Both the position numbers and the translations under genes were made by a program. DNA of 30,269 nt, taken from positions 1 to 30,269 of the forward strand of contig JBBQEB010000027.1 of assembly GCA_038320275.1 (NCBI GenBank), given 5' to 3'. Positions 8,350-16,127 of the stretch are shown here, in pieces. The notes below the pieces were generated by a model. That model searched no databases and was not told the origin of the DNA. It saw only the letters and a program-made list of their open reading frames with translations. The DNA comes from Myxococcales bacterium (GTDB lineage Bacteria; Myxococcota; Myxococcia; Myxococcales; Anaeromyxobacteraceae). Positions within the stretch are counted from its first letter, which is position 1; each line of letters begins with the position of its first letter.

Positions 8350-9327
8350 TCAGGCGGGAAGAAGCACCACCGACCCGGTCGTCCTGCGCGCCTCCAGCTC
8401 GCGATGGGCCTGTGCAGCCTCGCCGAGGGGGAAGGTGCGGCCGACCTCGATCTTCACCTTTCCATTGCGCACCAGCTCGAAGAGCTCGGCCGACGCAGAC
8501 TCGAGGTCCGCCCGGTGCGCGAGGTACGTGACGAGGGTGGGGCGCGTCACGTAGAGCGATCCCTTCTGCGCCAGGATGCCGAGATCGAACCCCTGCACCG
8601 GGCCGGAGGCGTTCCCGAAGCTCACGAGGAGCCCGAAGGGCCGAAGGCAGTCGAGGGACTCCTGGAAGGTGGTCTTCCCCACCGAGTCGAACACCACCGG
8701 GACGCCCTCGCCGGAGGTGAGCTCGCGCACCCGTTCGGCGAAGTGCTCGCGCGTGTAGTCGATGACGTGGTCGGCCCCGTGTGCCTTTGCCAGCGCCGCC
8801 TTGGCCGCGCCGCCCGCCGTGCCGATGACGGTCACCCCGAGCCGCTTCAGCCACTGGCAGGCGATGAGCCCCACACCGCCCGCCGCAGCGTGCCACAGCA
8901 CCGTCTCTCCCGCCTTCACGGGGTACGTGCGGCGGATGAGGTACTGGACCGTGAGCCCTTTCAGCATCGCGGCTGCCCCCTCGACGTCGGAGATACCCTC
9001 GGGAAGGATCACCACGTCGGAAGCGGGCAGCACGCGCTCCTCCGCGTAGGCGCCGAGCGGGCCGGTGGCATAGGCGACCCGGTCCCCCTGCCGGACGTGC
9101 GCGACGCCCTCGCCCACCGCCTCGACGAGCCCCACGCCCTCGCGTCCCAGACCGCTGGGCAGCGCGGAAGGGTAGAGCCCCGTTCGCACGTACGTGTCGA
9201 CGAAGTTGACGCCGATCGCGGTGTGGCGCAGCCGAACTTCTCCCGGCCCGGGGTCGCCCACGCTCACGTCCTCGAAGCAGAGCACCTCCGGCCCGCCATG
9301 CTGGTGGAATCGGATCGCCTTGGCCAT
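8350..9327 (-). CDS. qor: NADPH:quinone oxidoreductase (zeta-crystallin / MDR family)
   Basis: MAKAIRFHQHGGPEVL, AIGVNFVD.Y.R.GLYP, HAAAGGVG, SFGNASG, KGSLYVTRP, TTGSVVL. Start set at ATG 9327. Confidence 0.93.
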   Translation of the reverse strand: MAKAIRFHQHGGPEVLCFEDVSVGDPGPGEVRLRHTAIGVNFVDTYVRTGLYPSALPSGLGREGVGLVEAVGEGVAHVRQGDRVAYATGPLGAYAEERVLPASDVVILPEGISDVEGAAAMLKGLTVQYLIRRTYPVKAGETVLWHAAAGGVGLIACQWLKRLGVTVIGTAGGAAKAALAKAHGADHVIDYTREHFAERVRELTSGEGVPVVFDSVGKTTFQESLDCLRPFGLLVSFGNASGPVQGFDLGILAQKGSLYVTRPTLVTYLAHRADLESASAELFELVRNGKVKIEVGRTFPLGEAAQAHRELEARRTTGSVVLLPA

Positions 9328-9503
9328 CGCCCCGATGTAGCCGCCAGCGGCAGGAAGTGCCCGTCGTGCGGTTGCCGCGGCGCGCGAACGGCGGGCCGAG
9401 GAACAAGGCCCCCACGGTCGCCCCTCCCCGTGAGCGGGTCGAGGAGGTCTGCGGCCAACGTCCGAGCCCGTGGGCGCCGCCCTTGGCCCGCGGCCGAGAT
9501 CGT

Positions 9504-9522
9504 GATACTGAGAATCGTTATC
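9504..9522. promoter_or_regulatory. Fur box
   Basis: GATACTGAGAATCGTTATC matches the Fur consensus GATAATGATAATCATTATC at 16/19 positions. It lies 25 nt upstream of bfd in otherwise GC-rich sequence. Confidence 0.88.
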
Positions 9523-9547
9523 AACTTGCGCCCCCGGGGGAGAAGCG

Positions 9548-9757
9548 ATGATCGTCTGCCTTTGCCACGCCGTGTCGGACCGGGAGGTGCGAGCGCTGGC
9601 CTCCGCCGGAGCCGACGTCGAGACGGTGGCGCGGGCTACCGGGGCCGGGACGGACTGTGGTTCCTGCCGCGAGGAGCTGGTGCAGCTCGTGCGCTCGACG
9701 CGTCGCGCGGAGAGCCCCGCCGGACGCGCGACGAGATCCCTCGCCCTCGCAGGCTGA
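9548..9757 (+). CDS. bfd: Bacterioferritin-associated ferredoxin [2Fe-2S]
   Basis: MIVCLCHAVSD...GAGTDCGSC (CxC...CxxC), directly upstream of bfr. Confidence 0.93.
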   Translation: MIVCLCHAVSDREVRALASAGADVETVARATGAGTDCGSCREELVQLVRSTRRAESPAGRATRSLALAG

Positions 9758-9796
9758 CGTCCCGAGCCCGTTTCCCCCTCATCCACAGGAGAACAC

Positions 9797-10279
9797 GTGA
9801 AGACCGATCCGCGGGTCGTAGACCTGCTCAACGAAGTGCTGACGAACGAGCTCACCGCCATCAACCAGTACTTCCTGCACGCCCGCATGTGCGAGAACTG
9901 GGGCTACCAGCGGCTCTGGAAGAAGGTCCGGGCGGAGTCGATCGACGAGATGAAGCACGCCGACCGCGTCATCGAGCGCATCCTCTACTTCGACGCGCTC
10001 CCCAACATCCAGCGGCTGGGCAAGGTGAACGTGGGACAGAGCGTGGAGGAGCAGCTCCGCGCCGACCTCGACCTCGAGGCGCGCGCCATCCCCGTCCTGA
10101 ACCGCGGCATCGAGCTCTGCCGCAGCGCCGGCGACAACGGCACGGGCGAGCTCCTGAAGGCCATTCTCGTCGACGAGGAGGACCACGCCAACTGGCTGGA
10201 GGCGCAGCTCACGCTGCTGGCGCAGGTCGGGTTGCAGAACTACCTCGCGCAGCAGGTGAGGGAGGACGAGGAGGGCTGA
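9797..10279 (+). CDS. bfr: Bacterioferritin
   Basis: [22 protein letters not shown] (heme Met and ferroxidase ligands), DEEDH. AGGAG SD before GTG. Confidence 0.96.
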   Translation: MKTDPRVVDLLNEVLTNELTAINQYFLHARMCENWGYQRLWKKVRAESIDEMKHADRVIERILYFDALPNIQRLGKVNVGQSVEEQLRADLDLEARAIPVLNRGIELCRSAGDNGTGELLKAILVDEEDHANWLEAQLTLLAQVGLQNYLAQQVREDEEG

Positions 10280-10282
10280 ACC

Positions 10283-10486
10283 ATGGAGCGGTGCCTTCTC
10301 TGCAAGAGTGCGGACCCCCGCCAGGTGGAGGAGAGCCATGGCGTGACGGTGCCGCGCCGGGCCGGGCCTCTCCGCGTCGTGGTCTCCGGGGTACCCGCGG
10401 TCGTGTGCGGGGCTTGTGGGGAAGGCTTCTTCGCCAACTTCGGCAAACCACATGGACCCCCGCAACGCGGTGCGGCAATCAGTTAG
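10283..10486 (+). CDS. YgiT/MqsA-type zinc finger protein (no HTH domain)
   Basis: CLLC...VVVSGVPAVVCGACGEGFF. Starts 3 nt after the bfr stop with a GGAGG SD inside the end of bfr. Confidence 0.7.
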   Translation: MERCLLCKSADPRQVEESHGVTVPRRAGPLRVVVSGVPAVVCGACGEGFFANFGKPHGPPQRGAAIS

Positions 10487-10631
10487 CGCCCTCATTGCAT
10501 TTTTCCGGCCTGCGGACGTGCGGGTCGCGCCGCGGCCGGTAAGAAGCTGAGCCGCAGTCTTGGCTGACCTCGGGGGCGCGTACGTCGCGCCCCTCATCGT
10601 GGAGGACGCGTCCTCCTGGGAAGGAATCGAC

Positions 10632-13600
10632 ATGGCGGAGGTGGTCGCGCTCGGGCGAGTGGCGGTGCTGGACGGTGGTGAAGGTGCCCGGCGGGTGATT
10701 CGCGCGGTGCACGAGCTCGCTCGCGCGGGGCATGCCGGGGCCGTGGTGGCGGTGTTCGGGACCGCCGACCGGCAGGCGCGCTACGTGCGCGACGCGGACG
10801 ACGCGGTACACCTCGACGGCTCCATCGACGACGCGCTCAAGGGGGCCCGCGCAACGGCCGCCTGGCTGGGCGAAGGCACGCCCGCGGAGCGGCTCGCCTT
10901 CGCAGAGGCGTGCAGCCGCTGCGGCGTCGCGCATGTCGGCCCCTCCATCGAGACCCTCCGCCGCCTCGCGAGCCCCGGCGCGGTGGAGAAGCTCGCCGCC
11001 GAGCTTGGCGTACCCTTCGCGCCCCGCGGGATCGACGGGGAGGCCCACGCGGTGGAGGTGGTGGTCGCCAGGGACGCGCGCGGCGGCTCGCGCGTGATCG
11101 GCGTCGGCGAGGCCTCGTTCACGGTGGGTCCCACCGCCGTCCTGGTGGAGGCGCCCTCGCCGGCCGTCGCCGACGACCGGGCCGTCCGGGAGCTGGCCCG
11201 CAAGGCTTGTGACGCGCTGAACTGGGTGGGGGTCGCGAGCGTCGAGCTGGTGGTCGGGCGCGGGGAGCCGGCGCTGGTGGGTGTCGGAGCCACCCCGCGC
11301 TCGGCGCCCGCCGTGGAGGCCGTCGCCAACGTCGATCTCGCGCGCGTCGCGCTCCTGCTCGCGGCGGGAGGCGTCGTCGAGGCGGTGGAAGCGCCGCCGC
11401 GCGGCCATGCCTTCGCGGCGCGGATCGCCGCTCGCGACGAGGCCGGGCCCAGCAAGACCCGCAGCGTGGTCGCGCTGCTCCGCCTGCCCCACGGCCCCGG
11501 CGTCCGCGCCGACGCCGCCGTCGAGGTCGGCGACGAGGCTCCCGCCGGCGTCGAGGGCGCCATCGCCACCGTCGTGGCGACCGGCGAGGATCGCGCCGAG
11601 GCGAGCGCACGCATCGAGCAGGCGCTCACCGATGCCGACGTGCTGCTGCGCGGCGCGGCGAGCTCCAAGGCCTGGATCGCGGCGCTCTGCGCGCGGCCCG
11701 AGGTGCGAGCCGGCCAGGCCGGAACCGGGTTCCTCGCGAAGCTCTCCGCCGCGGGGGACAAGCTCGTCCAGCCGCGCCCGGACGTGGCCCTCCTCGCGGC
11801 GGCGCTCGACGCCTACGCCATGGAGCTGGACCAGGAGCGGGCACGTTTCCTGGCGGAGGCGAGGCGCGGCCGGCCGCGGGTCGGGCCGTCCTCGGGCCGC
11901 ACCGTCGAGCTGAGCCACGCAGGCAAGCGCTACCGGCTCGACGTCCGCCAGACGCGTCCCGGTCAGTATCGCGTCATTCCCACCGGCGGCACGGCCGTCG
12001 ATGTCCGCGCCGAGCGGCTGGGCAAGGTGGAGCGCCGGCTCGCCTGGTGCGGCCGCCGCCACCGCGTGCTCTCCGCGCGGGACGGCGTCCGCCACACGGT
12101 CGAGGTGGACGGGGTACCCCACGTGCTGCTTCGCCACCCAGCAGGCGTGGTGGCCTCGCCCATGCCGGCGGTGGTGGTGGCCATCCCGGTGCAGGCTGGC
12201 CAGCAGGTCGCGCAGGGCGAGCCGGTGGCCCGCATCGAGTCCATGAAGGTGGAGGTGGTGGTCACCGCGCCTTCCGCGGGCATCGTGCGCGAGGTGGTTG
12301 CCGTCGCCAACACGCAGGTGGACGCTGGCTCGCCGCTGGTGCGCATCGAGCCGCTGGGCGACGAGGTCTCCCACACCAACATCGAGCCGCTCTCCTTGGG
12401 CACGCAGCCCAAGGCCGAAGGTGCCGGTCCTCGCGAGAAGTACCTGGGAGCCCTGGAGGAGCTGGAGCGGCTCTTGCTCGGCTTCGACGTGGCACCCGCC
12501 GAGTCGAAGCGGCTGAGCAGGAGCTGGCGCGAGCTGTCGGCGGGCGTGCCCGTGAACGACCCGGCGGTGCTGCGCGCCGAAGATGAGGCGCTGCGCGCCT
12601 ACGCGGACCTCCAGTCGCTCTTCAGCCGTTCGTACCTCACCCTCGGCCAGGGCGAGCGCCCGCCGCCTCCCCTCGAGGAGCTGTGGCGGTATCTGCACCA
12701 GCCGCAGCAGCGCGGCGAGGGGCTCTCTTCCGGCTTCCTGGAATCGCTCCGCCGCGCCCTGCACCACTACGCAGTGTCGCTCGACGCGCCCGGCCGGGCG
12801 CTGGAGCTCGCCCTGCTGCGCATCCAGAAGGCGCACGAGCGCGGGAACGAGGCGCTGGGCTCGGTCCTGGGAATCCTCGAGCGTCGGCTGGCGGGGGATG
12901 GCCCGCCGCTGGGCTTCTCGGATCCCAGCTCGCGCGACCTGCTCGATCGCCTGGCCGAGACCGGCCTCGAGCACTCTCCGGCCCTGGGTGACCTTGCCCG
13001 TGAGGCGAGGTACCGCCGCTTCGACCAGCCCGCGCTGGAGCGCGTCCGGGCCGAGGTGTACGCGCAGGCCGAGCTGGACATCGCGAGCCTCTCCTCGGCG
13101 AAGGACGGCGAGCGGGACGCCATCGTCCAGCGGCTCGTCGACTGTCCCCAGCCGCTGGCCACGCTGCTCCTGTCGCGGATGGCCGCAGCCCCGGTAACCC
13201 TTCGGCCCCGGCTCGTGGAGGCGCTGCTCCGGCGCTATTACCGGGTGCGCCCGCTGCAGCCGGCGACTGCCCTCGAGGTGGACGGGCTGCCCTGCGCCTG
13301 GGCCGACTACGAGCGGGGCGGCAAGCACATGCGCGCGGTCGCCTGCTTCGTCACGCCCGATGCGCTGGGTGAAGGGACGAAGCGGCTGGCGAAGCTCGCG
13401 TCCGAGGCGCCCGCCGACCGCGACCTGGTGGTGGAGCTGTACGTGTGGCAGGAGGGGGAACGCACGCCGGACGACGACCTCGCCAAGGCGTCCCAGGCTG
13501 CGCTGGAGGCGGCGCGCTTCCCGCGGGCGCTCCCGCGCGCCTCGATCGCCGTCGCCCATCCGGAGCGCGGGCTCGGGCGGCAGGCCAGCCAGCAGCACTT

Positions 13601-15914
13601 CACCTTCCGTGGGGGCCCCGACACCTGGGTGGAAGACCGCCGCTTCCGCGGGATCCACTTCATGCTGGTGGAGCGCCTCCAGGTGGGACGCTTCTCCAAG
13701 TTCGACCTGGAGCGGCTGCCCTCGGCGGAGGACGTCTACCTCTACCGCGGCGTGGCCCAGGCCAATCCCAAGGACGAGCGGCTCTTCGCCGCGGCCGAGG
13801 TGCGCGACCTCACGCCGGTGCGCGACGACCAGGGCAGGGTGGTGGGGCTGCCACACCTCGAGCGCATGCTGCACGAGGCGCTGGCCGGGATGCGTGTGTT
13901 CCAGGCGCGGCGTGCCCCCAACCAGCGCGTGGAATGGAACCGGGTGCTCCTCACCGTGACCCCACCGCTGCGGCTCTCGCCCGAGGAGATCCAGGGGCTC
14001 GCCGAGCGGCTCGCGCCGGCCACCGCCGGCCTGGGGCTCGAGATGGTGCTCATCGACGCGCGCGTGCCCCACCCCAAGACGGGCGAGCTGCGCGAGACGC
14101 TGATGCGGATCATCACGACGGGTGACGCGCTCACCATCAAGTGGGACGAGCCGACCACCCGCCCGCTGGAGCCGATGGCGGAGTACCAGCAAAAGGTGGT
14201 GCAGCTCCGGCGCCGCGGCCTCACCCACCCGTTCGAGATCGTGAAGATGCTCACGCCGCCTCGGGGCGCGTCCACGGGCATCCCCCCCGGCGAGTTCCAG
14301 GAATACGACCTCGACGAGAAGAACGAGCTCGTCCCGGTGAACCGGCCGCCGGGCAAGAACACGGCCAACATCGTGGTGGGGGTCCTCAAGAACTACACCG
14401 ACCGCTACCCCGAGGGCATGGCGCGCGTCATCTTGCTCGGCGACCCCGGCAAGGAGATGGGGTCGGTGGCCGAGCCCGAGTGCCGGCGCATTTACGTCGC
14501 GCTGGAGCTGGCAGAGAAGCTGGGTGTGCCCCTGGAATGGTTCGAGGTGTGCGCGGGCGCCAAGATCTCGATGACCACCGGGACCGAGAACATGGACTGG
14601 GTCTCGGCCGTGCTCCGCAAGCTCATCGAGTTCACCCAGGCTGGAGGCGAGGTGAACGTCGTCGTCTGCGGCATCACCGTCGGCGCGCAGCCGTACTGGA
14701 ACGCCGAGGCCACCATGCTCATGCACACGAAGGGCATCCTGGTGATGACGCCGGGCGCCTCGATGGTGCTCACCGGGAAGCAGGCGCTCGAGTACTCCGG
14801 CAGCGTCTCGGCCGAGGACAACGAGGGCATCGGCGGGTACGACCGCATCATGGGCCCCAACGGCCAGGCCCAGTACCGCGCGGGCAGCGTGCTCGAGGGC
14901 TGCCAGATCCTGATGCGTCACTACGCTCACGCTTACGTGGCGCCCGGCGAGCGCTTTCCGCGGCGCGCGCCCACCACCGACACCGCCACCCGCGACGTGC
15001 GGACCTTCCCGCACGGGCCAGAGGGCGGCGCCGGCTTCGTCACGGTGGGTGACATCTTCAGCTCGGAGAAGAATCCCGACCGCAAGAAGCCCTTCGAGAT
15101 TCGCCGCGTGATGGCCGCCGCCATCGACCAGGACCACCCGCCGCTCGAGCGCTGGCACGACATGCGCGGCGGCGACACGGGCGTCATCTGGGACGCTCAC
15201 CTGGGCGGCTGGCCGGTCTGCCTCATCGGCATCCAGTCGAGGCCGGTGCCGCGCCTCGAGTTCGTCCCCGCCGACGGTCCGGCCTACTGGTCGGCGGGAA
15301 CGCTCTTCCCGCAGTCCTCCAAGAAGATCGCGCGATCCATCAACTCGGCGAGCGGCAGCCGCCCGCTGGTCGTGCTCGCGAACCTGTCCGGCTTCGACGG
15401 TTCGCCCGAGTCGATGCGGCGACTGCAGCTCGAGTACGGCGCGGAGATCGGGCGGGCGGTGGTGAACTTCAAGGGTCCCATCGTGTTCGCGGTGGTCTCT
15501 CGGTATCACGGCGGTGCGTTCGTGGTCTTCGCGAAGACGCTCCGGGAGAACATCGAGATCGTCGCGGTCCAGGGAGCCCGCGCCTCGGTCATCGGCGGCG
15601 CTCCGGCCGCCGCGGTGGTGTTCGCGCGGGAAGTGGAGACCCGCGCCAAGAAGGACCCGCGTGCGGTCGCGGCGGAGAAGGAGGCGGCGGCGAATCCGTC
15701 GGCGCGCGGGCGGCTCGCCGACGTCATGTCGGCGCTCCGCTCGGAGAAGGTCGGCGAGGTGGCCGACGAGTTCGACAAGGTGCACTCGGTGGAGCGCGCC
15801 CTGAAGGTCGGCTCCCTCGACCGCATCCTCGCCCCGGAAGACCTGCGCCCGTACCTCATCGACGCCGTGGAGCGCGGCATGGCCCGGACGCTGAAGGAGG
15901 AGCCGAAGTCCTGA
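10632..15914 (+). CDS. Single-chain acyl-CoA carboxylase-like protein: degenerate biotin carboxylase + BCCP + central region + carboxyltransferase
   Basis: BC-fold remnants (GPS.ET, EAPSP, GPGVRAD), biotinyl domain SPMPA...IESMKVE...GSPLVRIE (Lys codon 12246-12248), CT motifs AGAKI, GIGG, LANLSGFDGS, YHGGAFVV. AAGGA SD favours ATG 10632 over TTG 10560. Confidence 0.88.
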   Translation: MAEVVALGRVAVLDGGEGARRVIRAVHELARAGHAGAVVAVFGTADRQARYVRDADDAVHLDGSIDDALKGARATAAWLGEGTPAERLAFAEACSRCGVAHVGPSIETLRRLASPGAVEKLAAELGVPFAPRGIDGEAHAVEVVVARDARGGSRVIGVGEASFTVGPTAVLVEAPSPAVADDRAVRELARKACDALNWVGVASVELVVGRGEPALVGVGATPRSAPAVEAVANVDLARVALLLAAGGVVEAVEAPPRGHAFAARIAARDEAGPSKTRSVVALLRLPHGPGVRADAAVEVGDEAPAGVEGAIATVVATGEDRAEASARIEQALTDADVLLRGAASSKAWIAALCARPEVRAGQAGTGFLAKLSAAGDKLVQPRPDVALLAAALDAYAMELDQERARFLAEARRGRPRVGPSSGRTVELSHAGKRYRLDVRQTRPGQYRVIPTGGTAVDVRAERLGKVERRLAWCGRRHRVLSARDGVRHTVEVDGVPHVLLRHPAGVVASPMPAVVVAIPVQAGQQVAQGEPVARIESMKVEVVVTAPSAGIVREVVAVANTQVDAGSPLVRIEPLGDEVSHTNIEPLSLGTQPKAEGAGPREKYLGALEELERLLLGFDVAPAESKRLSRSWRELSAGVPVNDPAVLRAEDEALRAYADLQSLFSRSYLTLGQGERPPPPLEELWRYLHQPQQRGEGLSSGFLESLRRALHHYAVSLDAPGRALELALLRIQKAHERGNEALGSVLGILERRLAGDGPPLGFSDPSSRDLLDRLAETGLEHSPALGDLAREARYRRFDQPALERVRAEVYAQAELDIASLSSAKDGERDAIVQRLVDCPQPLATLLLSRMAAAPVTLRPRLVEALLRRYYRVRPLQPATALEVDGLPCAWADYERGGKHMRAVACFVTPDALGEGTKRLAKLASEAPADRDLVVELYVWQEGERTPDDDLAKASQAALEAARFPRALPRASIAVAHPERGLGRQASQQHFTFRGGPDTWVEDRRFRGIHFMLVERLQVGRFSKFDLERLPSAEDVYLYRGVAQANPKDERLFAAAEVRDLTPVRDDQGRVVGLPHLERMLHEALAGMRVFQARRAPNQRVEWNRVLLTVTPPLRLSPEEIQGLAERLAPATAGLGLEMVLIDARVPHPKTGELRETLMRIITTGDALTIKWDEPTTRPLEPMAEYQQKVVQLRRRGLTHPFEIVKMLTPPRGASTGIPPGEFQEYDLDEKNELVPVNRPPGKNTANIVVGVLKNYTDRYPEGMARVILLGDPGKEMGSVAEPECRRIYVALELAEKLGVPLEWFEVCAGAKISMTTGTENMDWVSAVLRKLIEFTQAGGEVNVVVCGITVGAQPYWNAEATMLMHTKGILVMTPGASMVLTGKQALEYSGSVSAEDNEGIGGYDRIMGPNGQAQYRAGSVLEGCQILMRHYAHAYVAPGERFPRRAPTTDTATRDVRTFPHGPEGGAGFVTVGDIFSSEKNPDRKKPFEIRRVMAAAIDQDHPPLERWHDMRGGDTGVIWDAHLGGWPVCLIGIQSRPVPRLEFVPADGPAYWSAGTLFPQSSKKIARSINSASGSRPLVVLANLSGFDGSPESMRRLQLEYGAEIGRAVVNFKGPIVFAVVSRYHGGAFVVFAKTLRENIEIVAVQGARASVIGGAPAAAVVFAREVETRAKKDPRAVAAEKEAAANPSARGRLADVMSALRSEKVGEVADEFDKVHSVERALKVGSLDRILAPEDLRPYLIDAVERGMARTLKEEPKS

Positions 15915-16057
15915 GGTTCTCGCGGTAGCGCACGGGCTGCGCGTGCCTCCGGTCGGACCCAGGAGGCACGCACATGCCGCATCGACCGGTTCGCGCCAGA
16001 GGCTGGACCTCGGTCGAACCCGCCCTGGCTGATCGCAAGCCGCCGAGCTCACGCAAG

Positions 16058-16093
16058 AAGGCCGGCTCCCTCCTGCGCGGAGGGGCCGGCCTT
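16058..16093. terminator. Bidirectional terminator between the convergent carboxylase and malic enzyme genes
   Basis: AAGGCCGGCTCCCTCC-TGCGC-GGAGGGGCCGGCCTT long GC stem with short A/T flanks on both sides. Confidence 0.7.
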
Positions 16094-16127
16094 TCAGCTC
16101 ACGCCCGCTGGCGGGCCGAAGCGTTCG

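Noticed and set aside
10441..10512. GGCAAACC ... TCCGGCCT resembling a c-di-GMP-I riboswitch
   Set aside because: The GAAA tetraloop arm and the GACGCAAAGC core are absent, and the segment lies partly within the zinc-finger ORF.
10479..16052. 1857-aa ORF on the minus strand
   Set aside because: Exact antisense shadow of the carboxylase. Arg/His/Gly-rich with no motifs, typical of high-GC codon bias.
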